Origin: a virus
Length of the DNA: 64,000 nt
IMG/VR virus record: IMGVR_UViG_3300045988_011398
Reading direction: 5' to 3' (one strand)
The notes under the pieces are model-generated. The model saw only the letters and a list, made by a program, of their open reading frames with translations, did no database searches and was not told the origin of the DNA. Shown piece by piece: positions 11,801-20,000 of the stretch (its first letter is position 1; each line of letters opens with the position of its first letter). The position numbers and the translations under genes were made by a program.

Positions 11801-12722
11801 TCTTTAGTCTGTCTTCAGTTAATTTACCAAGAGTAGCTTCATAATTGGCATTCTCTTGTGCAATCATTCTATTGTGCATCTCAGGGCCCAAGTACATACC
11901 ATCAATAGCTTGAAGTCTTGCAGTATGCTGGTCATCAAGTTGAGTCTTATGTAGATTAAACCAGTCTGTAGAATTGTTCAATGCCTCTATTCTACCTTCA
12001 TTCACAGCAGAGACAGTAGCACCTACACTTGATGTTACAATAGCAGGTGCTCTGGAAGACTTAGCTATAGCACCTATAATCTGAGGCAACTTTGTAGCTT
12101 TTAGCCCTGCACCTACAACACCACCACCATAGAATGCACCAACAGTGAAACCTAAGTTCTTTATGAACTTGTCCCCTAAGAAATTGGCAGTGAATATGTT
12201 TTCATACCAAGGTTCATTTCTCTCAGCATCAGTATAATAGTTAGGAAGTGCTTCCTCAGACCACTCATTAATAGATTGCATTGCTTTGCTAAATGGGTTA
12301 TCCCATAGGGCAGAACCTCTACCCTCTGCAATAGCTTGTGCTCCACCAAGTACCAACCCTAATGTACCATCAAGGAATGTAGTACCTGCAAGAATTACAC
12401 CCTTAGCCAAACCTGCACCAATCTGTGCATACCAAGGCTGTAATTCTCTTCTTGTATTAGCCAAGTTATCAAGTTGTGTAGCTGAGGTAATATCTTCATC
12501 AAACATACTGTCATTGACCCCAACAAAGCCTATATCCTGTCTTGGAGTTGCAGTTCTGTTGATTTCCTGCATTGTACCTCTATAGTCTCTGGCAAGACCA
12601 AGAATAGAGGTATCAATATTGATACCCCTTTCTCTTAGTCTATTAATACCATCCAGACCTCTCAAACCTCCAGTCCCTTGTGTAGAAGGGTCTTGTATTT
12701 GTTGATTATCTGCTGCTGCCAT
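5808..12722 (-). CDS. Giant (2304 aa) multidomain virion/ejected-cargo-like protein with RecB-family PD-(D/E)XK nuclease motifs and a C-terminal HExxH metallopeptidase-like motif
   Basis: N-terminal Gly-rich hydrophobic segments (GAGLAKGVILAGTTFLDGTLGLVLGG; FTVGAFYGGGVVGAGL). Long coiled-coil middle. GEVDILSVDADGNFRIYDVKTS (D ... DxK) followed by TLQLSAY (QxxxY) at ~nt 7230-7425. TTYHEAFHAVFQ (HExxH) at ~nt 6261-6275. It is the last gene of the minus-strand structural operon. Confidence 0.7.
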   Translation of the reverse strand: MAAADNQQIQDPSTQGTGGLRGLDGINRLRERGINIDTSILGLARDYRGTMQEINRTATPRQDIGFVGVNDSMFDEDITSATQLDNLANTRRELQPWYAQIGAGLAKGVILAGTTFLDGTLGLVLGGAQAIAEGRGSALWDNPFSKAMQSINEWSEEALPNYYTDAERNEPWYENIFTANFLGDKFIKNLGFTVGAFYGGGVVGAGLKATKLPQIIGAIAKSSRAPAIVTSSVGATVSAVNEGRIEALNNSTDWFNLHKTQLDDQHTARLQAIDGMYLGPEMHNRMIAQENANYEATLGKLTEDRLKMGNADLLMNIPILTASNLIQFGRMYANGFKTARKATNIVGKAGEYTTGRTTGKGIARATLSPLSEGLEEISQGAASRIFGNYYEDDVNNFYKAKIDSQAEQETLSWMKSFAQGINETVNDGSSWEEFFIGTLTGALGMPRFRGIRSSEGRLQSPVTLEGGTIGEFREYRDKMNRENEIANYMNERVQSPEFINYYQGLIRHNKYQNDMNQAVENNDEFEFKNAEHAQLISDIAMFDNAGKLEDLTTLINSAYDTSDENLASIVENTTSTITDENGKEAKVGPFIDKNGNPMYSTPEGKQEMIDKLTQTRDEMLNTITNYTKIKDDIDVRTGQQLSDEQLEELTWLKSQIGNWQDRANQLSSEVKPTIGTVLGSMSQLADMYNSIKTEEGKAHAGLSDLYNSADKNERQIRKNMSILETVRGLDDKTFAYLLSSDPKLVEGIKSVIESPLSGVTADDAQAFNEKIDDIVKLVDATGKYNTKLKEYLENPAKLQEDIVSSTENIAKEEAKKKSDNLKSRLLSATNLSEFRQALNEEEDAATREETLKSLEDEGNEMAKNYREVNAYNTDVQRAINSLDESPAVKADALKLLQDQFENSSNLNEIANPNSIYVDNADALYDDNLTPEENAVKFQEAQYALLRAMNQINNENRFKDRFSQDYRTLREKGKPNPKAPTKDTTGDSGTSTIPPVSTEGLPVVTYEPPVGNVTATQVKDENKETNNRVETPQSLDSKQKSRRPYYRPSIPELHIQASKEGDFRPFNVVAAEREKGVNFDELYNYLRDNGAFTYVNEGNLKAGDELGFMIDPEFNDHTIFIVDRRNNQIVGSLDESDYSVDRYEGLAGLEEKIKAEFAQRSDKSKRFIATPTTRVSQVMVGRIPYSTEERSLANIPNVSGEGRAPIFGIIKNGTLATNGRLDDSLIIKPVDMAQKEGRMYLLIPNAAGKYSPAAVRVKHFNKTEFNPEDVEVQSTQVYKNIQESIDALANSLSEDDLNNAVKSLATNLYTGDLHIDWFTSDSGNGIRFTKVQRDAQGNEIYEEKDGKRIRKETVKTVFLTEKWDQNTLFSITGNEEVQTEPASKSIEDVSKEISEILLDFNLPIQVNLGMLNRGGYNNVLINSNVLTSNISDARVISSWFTTDYFDVEGNLHQAINPASVTPDTTRKIETPVGGTEGVITGTKVVVDGATYGVDLTTGVIYGSNNQRVYPKNAQLISDLAWASANFGDATNGSLIWNNKILLPSGQVLDRGTQKYLTGKEAQEVKDKIAGRERTVGDSKKVIAQIAENQKKVDKTRTDGEFYYILEEDGQYHKYERVHSRLGSNWIESKKQTDALKDIRVRLSQLADNVTQYNNYLKYLGNHWKVDLSAFSGKIDARSRDTIVNIIRDSMSGTNSQRALNAGTAVDSVIRNFFTSNDTPVKPDNMSEKAFTDLIASLTEIRSNIEARGERFLTNNIVLFQKYADGTRVAGEVDILSVDADGNFRIYDVKTSRYSFYDFTDRYGHRVNYFTSPSATQRMSAKDYYTLQLSAYKNLFESQYHTPITTLAVLPFVLNYNKDVVDGVTKEKGIMITYNPAVNVPLVGAVKASEPTPTNSTVPVFNSALETQDPVNDVLPEYSLEDSKVGYFVRDGKLHKSYLTPIGKVNGVEVYMAKIPTITKGFGRQGEEAHVASNSYMAVFPNGNSITLIKNDPMTMTEQQAKDTIKKMLNGNPQRVVDMSNEKTLIFDPSSAPVVEAPKTETPATILSTPTESGAAKAAQAEQAVNENDDEFEDDLDLGSLRRVDDETRGTWNQEKELAWIKKVLPQLSDNDRVRVIKGLIRVGNQGALAWGQFNNGIITLSDIAAEGTTYHEAFHAVFQLLLDNNERQALLAEAKEMYGNKDDASLEEDMAEGFREYVMTRGNRGIGRKILDFFKDLFAKVTNWNNMRPHLIDYYRNINEGKYSSSNYKVPSLSQMRESKKQDTTSFESLDAEIQESLLNKGWTQEKFDAVSQQERDQAVKCIAL

Positions 12723-12724
12723 AT

Positions 12725-14410
12725 TTATTCCTCTTTACTAAATGTATTACTTTGTCTCTTCTCAAGAGTATTGTACCTCTTATAGAATGCTTCCATAGTA
12801 GCATCAATAAGTGTGGTAGCCAACTCATCTTCTCCATTTTCCAAAGCTACTTTAATAGCCTGCTGTGCTCTACTGAATGTTCTGTTCTGGTCATCAAGCA
12901 ATTCAGTATCAAGTATTGCTGACCTTGTTTTACCTTTACTATCAGTAGAATTGATAATGAATCCCAAATCAGGGTCAAAATCTATATCAGCATCTGATGT
13001 GAAGTAATTATTCAAATCTTCAATATCTACCTCATCACCCTTCTTATTATCATCAAGTTCCCATAGACCAGTGCTATTAGACCTTCTATAATATGACCTT
13101 GTATTCTCTTTCAATACCTGAGTTATCAAGTCACTCTGAGTGATATTAGGCTTATAAGAAAAAGCTCTTACTGCACTACTTCTAATATCATTTTCAAGTT
13201 TTTGGGCAAGCTCTCCAAGATTACCTCCTGTCAATACACCGTCTGTTAGGGTATAACTTACATTTCCATATCTTTTTGATAACTCAGTTAATTTTTCTCT
13301 GTAAGGATAGTATGTTTCCTGCCTTGTAGGTCCTGTGCCAGTGTCTATCCAGAAATTAGTCATTGGGTCAGGATTTATCAAGTGAGGCTCTCTTACTGTC
13401 CTTGTAGATGCTTGGTCAAGTAAAGCTGGATTAGCCAGTACCTCTCTTAATACTTGCAGGTCAGTATTCATTTGAGTAGTCTTCTTGTCACCATCTACAG
13501 TAGTTTTAGGAACAGCTCTATAATAGAGTCTTGCTTTCTCTTCTGCCTCTTTTGCAGCTCTGGCTCTTGCCTCTTTATTTCTTGCAAGTTGGTCTTGCAT
13601 TGCATAGTCATAAGCCTTATTAGACTGTATCTGATATTGAGTCTCTCCTACTGCATTCCATAGTCCTTGTCTTGCATATTCATAAGCTCTATTAAGAGTG
13701 GCTTGGTCTCCCCAGCTTGATATATTTGAGCTACCTACTGCATCCTCAACAATACCTTTTAATACTGAAGAAGCATTAGGGTCATTCTGCAATACCTGAA
13801 TAATCTCTTCAGGTCTATATCCCTTCTGCATGATAGTTTCAAAGTACTGATTACCAAGAATAGTTCTCCACTTTCTTGGATTATCTCTCATTTCCTTAGC
13901 CAAGTTCTGAGCAGCAGTCCCTACTTGTTTTGCAAGAGTGGCACCTGAATATGATTGATATGTAAGTTGAGGATTCTTAATCAAATCATCAAGACTGAGC
14001 ATAGAGGCATTCCTATCAAACATAAGTGTGTTATCCTGTGCCAACAACTTTCTTTGCTCATCAATCAATTCCTGTCTTCTCTTATATGCCTGTTCTATAG
14101 GGACTATATCACTTGAGTATCTTTGCTTCATTCTCAGCATATTCTGTCTACTTGCAGGAGTAAGACCCTCTCTTGCTAATTGACCAGCCTGTTCCTCAAG
14201 GTCATTTGAATATGTCTTGTACATCTTGTAAGCATAAGGGTCAGTCTGCTCATTAGCCATTTCATCCCATACATTAGCCTTAGTTGCCAACTCAGCATAT
14301 TCATTCTCAACTTCCTGATGTGCCAATGTTGCCATTTGTACTGGCTGAAGCATCTCTGCATAAGAGAAAGGTTTGAATTTACTATTTACTACAATATAAT
14401 TTGCTGCCAT
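12725..14410 (-). CDS. Hypothetical virion-associated protein (561 aa)
   Basis: Long ORF abutting its neighbours (2-nt and 1-nt gaps) inside the structural operon. Charged, coiled-coil-like composition. No motif recognised. Confidence 0.6.
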   Translation of the reverse strand: MAANYIVVNSKFKPFSYAEMLQPVQMATLAHQEVENEYAELATKANVWDEMANEQTDPYAYKMYKTYSNDLEEQAGQLAREGLTPASRQNMLRMKQRYSSDIVPIEQAYKRRQELIDEQRKLLAQDNTLMFDRNASMLSLDDLIKNPQLTYQSYSGATLAKQVGTAAQNLAKEMRDNPRKWRTILGNQYFETIMQKGYRPEEIIQVLQNDPNASSVLKGIVEDAVGSSNISSWGDQATLNRAYEYARQGLWNAVGETQYQIQSNKAYDYAMQDQLARNKEARARAAKEAEEKARLYYRAVPKTTVDGDKKTTQMNTDLQVLREVLANPALLDQASTRTVREPHLINPDPMTNFWIDTGTGPTRQETYYPYREKLTELSKRYGNVSYTLTDGVLTGGNLGELAQKLENDIRSSAVRAFSYKPNITQSDLITQVLKENTRSYYRRSNSTGLWELDDNKKGDEVDIEDLNNYFTSDADIDFDPDLGFIINSTDSKGKTRSAILDTELLDDQNRTFSRAQQAIKVALENGEDELATTLIDATMEAFYKRYNTLEKRQSNTFSKEE

Positions 14411-14411
14411 A

Positions 14412-16916
14412 TTACTTACCTTTTCTTATAGTTAAATAACCTCCCTTAGCTTTCTTCTTTCCCTTAGCTTTATTAGCAGCATCTCTTACTACCTTCTTCT
14501 CAGCCTCACTCAAATCCTCATAACCATTCTTATAAGTTATTCTACCACTACTGTCAATAGAATAGTAGAGTGCAGGATTTGTTTGAATCATATTTCTGCT
14601 GAACTCTTCTCTACCTATCTCACCAAGTGAGTCAAACAGATTAGTAAGATTAGCTGCTCTACCAGCAGAAGACCTTGCATCAGCTTGGTCTCTTAATTGA
14701 GCCTGTGTGGTTCTTGCCTGCAATCTCAATTTATCATTTGCCTGATTAGCTATGCTTGCTTTAAGACCCATTTCAGAATTGAACTGATTAGTTCCTCTAT
14801 TGAATGTCTCAACCTCTTTTCTTTGATTGAAGTTGTATTCCTCAGCCTGTCTTGCAAGGTCTCCTAATACATTCTGAGCATTATAGTCTGCTGCCAATAA
14901 ACCTGCTAATGCAGTAGCTCTGTTACCACCTGATTGATTTACTATTGCTCTTCTTGTTGCACCTGCTTGTGCATTTAGCTTGTTTATATAATAGTTTCTA
15001 TCTAATGGTCTGTAAGTTAAATAATTACCAATAGGAGTAAATTCTACATTGGTTAAATTGTCCACTGCACTACCTACCAAGTCAGCATTACCATAGTCAG
15101 GACTATTAGTCCATTCCAGTGCATCAGTCAATACACCAAGACCTGCTCCTACTGCTGGGGCATATCTCAACCATGTAAGTCCCCTACCTTGTCTTGAAGA
15201 GTTAGTATTTGGGTCTTCTGTGTCAGTATCACTTCCTGCATCACCTGTAATGGCAGATGGATTGAATTGAATAGGCTTAATATTTTCATCCATCCATCTC
15301 TCAGCAGGAGTTCTTGTATCAACCAAAGAAGGAACTTCAAGATTGAAACTTGCTGTTCTTTCTTCAGGGGTCATCATACTGTAAGGCTTTTGGAAAGCAG
15401 GAAGTTCATAAGTAGGAACAACCCCTTGTCTCTGTAATGTTCTTAACCATCTTTCTTGTGGAGTATAGAACTGAAGAAGATTAGGTTCATCACCCTCACC
15501 ATCATACTTTCTGCCTATCTTACCACCATGTGCATACTTATTACCTCCTCTGTTCTCTTCCATTCTCACTTGTTCCTGAGCTTGTTGCAATCTTGTCATT
15601 GCACTCATCAATCCTCTTTTACTGATAGGGTCATTAGGTCTTTCAGAAGATTCTTTACTTAACCTCTCTGCTATATCAGCAAATGAGTGGTCTGCATAAG
15701 TGGTAGGAAGATTATGTGCTGCAAGTAATCCACCTGTAGCAAATAGTCTATTGCTGAATACATAGTTATTGAACTTAACCTCACCTTGCTCAACAAGATT
15801 AGGAGTACCATCAGGAGCTACACCCATAGGTACACCTTCCATAGGATTCTCTTCATGAGTACCACCATTACCTATGATAGTAACCCCATTAGAAAAGTCT
15901 CCACCATGCTGACCTATATTAGGAACTGAGGTATATAGATTACCTCCTTCATCATATAGATAACCACCAAAAGCATGATGCCACTTTCTTGCATTAGCAG
16001 CAAATGTGGCTCTCTTTCTTACAGCAGCACTCTTACTTCTCTTGCCTCTTGCAATACATTCAGATGTGACCTTTCCACCACAGTAGTCAGTGAACTTACC
16101 TCTATTAGCCTTCTTGATATGTATCTTACCTCCTTTAGCAAATACAGCAAGCTCTGGTGTCTCAAATGAGTTGGGCATTGAAGACATCTTATATTTACTC
16201 ATAGCACTTAATTGTTTGTTATATAAGTCCTCTTTGGCAAGCTCATAATCAATAGCCCCACTGCCAAAGATATTTATAGGACCTCCATAAGCAGAGAAGT
16301 TAGCAAGCATATTAAGGTCATTTTGTGTATCAATATTTCCAGCCTTATCTTCCAATGCAACCATATTCTTTTCATTAGCTGCATTTATCTGCTTATTGAA
16401 TTTCTTAGCTTTCTTCTTAGCTTTGCTATTACCACTAATCCAGCCTGCAATAGAACTACCCAGACCAACCACACCACCCACAATAGCACCAATAGGTCCA
16501 CCTACAGAAGCACCTGCTGCTGCACCTGAACCTGCTGCACCAATAGTATTGCCAATTCTCTGACCAGTGCTTCCTCCTCTAATATCCTTCCAAGATATAT
16601 TCTCCATTGGGGAAAACATTCCCCATTCACTCATCAGGTCATCATTATTATTGGCTTGTACTGTGTATGTCTGTGCTTGCTTTATTTCTCCTTCAAGGTC
16701 AGAGGTGTCAGCTATTTGGGCATTTTGAATGCCAGCATTTACTATTGTGCCTACTGCTGAACCTATTCCTCCAATGGTACTTCCTAAATTCTGACCACTG
16801 AAAGCACTTTGAGCTGAGGACTTAGCCTGCTGACCCCAAGTCTGCTTAGTGTCTCCACCATCTGCAAAGAGATTAAGAGTTCTATTAGACTTTCTTATAA
16901 TCTTTTTCTTAGCCAT
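14412..16916 (-). CDS. Large virion/cargo-like protein (834 aa) with a glycine-zipper-like N-terminal region
   Basis: GGIGSAVGTIVNAG and GAAGSGAAAGASVGGPIGAIVGGVVGLGSSIAGWISG segments followed by the basic KAKKKAKKFNK. Own promoter box upstream at 16935-16942. Confidence 0.6.
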   Translation of the reverse strand: MAKKKIIRKSNRTLNLFADGGDTKQTWGQQAKSSAQSAFSGQNLGSTIGGIGSAVGTIVNAGIQNAQIADTSDLEGEIKQAQTYTVQANNNDDLMSEWGMFSPMENISWKDIRGGSTGQRIGNTIGAAGSGAAAGASVGGPIGAIVGGVVGLGSSIAGWISGNSKAKKKAKKFNKQINAANEKNMVALEDKAGNIDTQNDLNMLANFSAYGGPINIFGSGAIDYELAKEDLYNKQLSAMSKYKMSSMPNSFETPELAVFAKGGKIHIKKANRGKFTDYCGGKVTSECIARGKRSKSAAVRKRATFAANARKWHHAFGGYLYDEGGNLYTSVPNIGQHGGDFSNGVTIIGNGGTHEENPMEGVPMGVAPDGTPNLVEQGEVKFNNYVFSNRLFATGGLLAAHNLPTTYADHSFADIAERLSKESSERPNDPISKRGLMSAMTRLQQAQEQVRMEENRGGNKYAHGGKIGRKYDGEGDEPNLLQFYTPQERWLRTLQRQGVVPTYELPAFQKPYSMMTPEERTASFNLEVPSLVDTRTPAERWMDENIKPIQFNPSAITGDAGSDTDTEDPNTNSSRQGRGLTWLRYAPAVGAGLGVLTDALEWTNSPDYGNADLVGSAVDNLTNVEFTPIGNYLTYRPLDRNYYINKLNAQAGATRRAIVNQSGGNRATALAGLLAADYNAQNVLGDLARQAEEYNFNQRKEVETFNRGTNQFNSEMGLKASIANQANDKLRLQARTTQAQLRDQADARSSAGRAANLTNLFDSLGEIGREEFSRNMIQTNPALYYSIDSSGRITYKNGYEDLSEAEKKVVRDAANKAKGKKKAKGGYLTIRKGK

Positions 16917-16934
16917 ATCACATTAATTTGATTA

Positions 16935-16965
16935 CAAAGGTAAGTAATTATATTGAGATTACCAA
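16935..16965 (-). promoter_or_regulatory. Bacteroidetes-type promoter (-7 TACCTTTG)
   Basis: Gene-sense sequence TTACTTACCTTTGTAAT, with the -7 box 19 nt upstream of the ATG at 16916. Member of the repeated TTTTACTTAyCTTTGCA family. The -33 element is weak. Confidence 0.55.
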
Positions 16966-16983
16966 CCCTTTATGTAAAAAAGT

Positions 16984-17017
16984 AAGGGTGAGCAAATGAA
17001 ATTATTTACTCACCCTT
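16984..17017 (-). terminator. Intrinsic terminator after the 1582-aa gene
   Basis: Stem AAGGGTGAG...CTCACCCTT extended by AAAT/ATTT, followed by a T-run in the minus sense (plus aaaaagt at 16976-16982). Confidence 0.65.
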
Positions 17018-17024
17018 AAATATA

Positions 17025-20000
17025 CTATTCAAAATAGTGTACTATCATATCATGAAGCACAGTCTTATTTGTATTCTCACCTTCCATTGACAACTTAATA
17101 TATAGCCAAGGGTTCCTCATTCTATCCCTACCATTAGTGCTGGCTCTTGGTATATTAGCTCTCCATATTCTGAACTTCTTCTTTAACTCAGAAGGTCTTC
17201 CAAGTATGTTATTGAGAGTTGCAGTACCAGTTTGGTACTCATTCCAAGTAGTCAAAGTATCAAATGTAGTATTAAGTAAAGTACTTCCATTCCATGAATC
17301 TGCCCTAAATTCAATATTATTGAATATCTTGTCCTCTGGCATATCAGGGTTAGCTATCACAGTAGTATAAAATGGTTGGTACTTATTGAAGAACATATTG
17401 TAATTGCCTTCATTATGCAACCATGCTTTATATATTGTACCCCCCTTAGCAGTGTTAAGAGCTATTCCTCTATCTTCAAGATTGATAAAATATGGCATGT
17501 GCTCATAACTATAGAATGAGGTAAACTGAGCAACAGGCTCAGAAAATGCAAGACACTCATCTTTTGATATAAAGAACACATCTCCATTTACCTTATCATA
17601 GTAAGTTACAAACCCATTGAAATCTACAGGGTTCCAAATATTAATACCAGTAGATTTAGCATTTATCCATGAGTGGAATCCTAATCTATCAGATAGATTA
17701 TCTAATTTACCATTAAATAGGAATATACCCTTAGTAGTATCATCTATAAAGTAAATGCCATTAGAGGTTTCACACATTGACCATTTATTAGCACATCCTA
17801 TCTTATCTGATAAATATCTCTTACCATTGACTTTACCACTGTTAGCTATCTCAATAGGAACTCCTTCAGTTGAAGTAATCTGCATATTTTCATTGTACAG
17901 AATCTGACTTATGCCTCTATCTTGAAAAGCAATGAGAGTATTATTAAATCTTCTTATTGCTCTCACATCTCCCTTGTCTCCATCAAGGTCAAGAGTAGAT
18001 GCTAATGTGATATTAGTCCATGTGTCAATTAATTCTCCAGCAGTCTTGGTCTTAGTCCATGTGATTGAGTTGTGGAAATTATCCAGATTCAATTTATTTG
18101 GATTGACTGTTCTGTAATTGAAGAAATTATTCTGTTGGCTATATACATCATTCATCAAGTTGAAGTTAGTAGGAGTTACAGCAAAGTTATTTGTCTGTCC
18201 TCTATTCCTATCATATCTTCCATCAATGTTTACTCTTGTTTCACACATGAATGATACAATATCAGTAATGGCATTCTGGTCTTCAAGAGTAAATGGATAG
18301 GTCTTCAGGTGGTCATATCTCTGATAATATGTGTCTCCCTCAGTCCATGTTATAGCAACACTACTCTTAACACCATTAGTGTCATTTATTAATGACACAG
18401 GGTCTCCACATGGAAGCCATTGATTATTTTCAAATGCTTCCTCAGTCTGACCTCCGAACCTGTTAGTAACCTCTGGATTGTATATCTCACCTAACCACAA
18501 CCACCCATATTCAATAGAATATCCATTGAATGAGCCATTTAGATTAGATAGTGGAATATCAAGAATACTCTGATAAGTACCTGCACATACCTTATTCTTA
18601 TCCCAAAAGGCATGTTGTCCAGATGATATGCTTCCAGCAACATTTACATTCCATAATTCTGTAGTAGAAGGGTATGATATGTCACCATCTTTAATGGTTG
18701 GTAAAATACATTGGTAGTGGTTCTCAGTAAAATTCAAAGCAATGACAGCATGAGGAGTTGATTTGTACTTCATTCTAACAGGGTCTACACCAGTAACTTG
18801 GTCTGTAAATCTACCATCAATCTGTATATAATTACCACTGAATAAGGAGTGTGCATTAGTGTCAGCATTCTGTACTCCAGTAGTCATTATAGGGTATCCT
18901 TCTTTCTTATCTCCTATTCTTGATATATTGATAATTTTATCTACATTACCATAGTAGTTTATATCCCCTAATCCAGAGTTCTTTTGGGCAGGCAGTCTTA
19001 CAAGTGAGACTTCATCAGAATCAAACACTACAATACCTGACACACCTGTCTTATATCCACTTCCCTCTCTATAGAAATTATATACACTTCCTGAGTCCAA
19101 GAAATAAGTATTGTAAGAAAATCTCATATTTGAAATCTTCTTTTTATCAAGCATAGCAGGTCTGTATCCATCTGTAGCCCATTTCTTATTATTCAAAGAA
19201 CCATTTCTGTGGAATGGATATACAACAAATCCTGTTGTATAGTGGTTTGAGTTTCCTGTATCTTTCTTGTAATCAGATAATTCATCAAACCAGAATCCAC
19301 CAGACATCAATCCTCTCCATCCAAATCTTGATATATTCTCAGAACTTACAGGCTCTTTGTAGAATCCCGGAGCTACCTCACTACTATCATAGTAGTTGTT
19401 AGCTGGTGTGGAGGTTTGAATATCAATATCTCCAATGAATGCTGTAAGTGGAACCATTCCTACAATCCTTAATTGCAGTCCTGAGGTATCTATACTTCTT
19501 ACATTATTATCAAACTCTATATCTGGAGAGTGTAATGTAACAATAGATTGGTCTATATAGAAATTCTCAGCATTTTGAGATACCCAAGCATTTACATCTG
19601 CTTCAGATGCAGTATCTGATACACTTGGCTTGCTTGGTGGATTCCATATACATTGTATTTCAGCATTTCTTTCACTATTTGAAGGTATTGGGTGTAGGTG
19701 TCTGAACTCAGCCCAAGCTCCTTTATTTGGCAATTCCATTATAAATGGAGTGCCATCATAATTCACATTGGTTCTGCTATTACTCATTACTCCTGCTCTT
19801 GAATTAGGAGTAGGGTCATGTAGTGGACCATTTTCTCTATCCCACCAGTCACCACCCCATTTTCCTGAAGAGTCCTGAGTATAGTGGTGAGCCTTATATT
19901 CATCAAATGGAGCATTTGCCCTTATAAACCAAGATGATTGGGCAAATGGGGAATTACCTTGTCTATCCCCTACATTAAATACAGTAGGACATAGAATACC

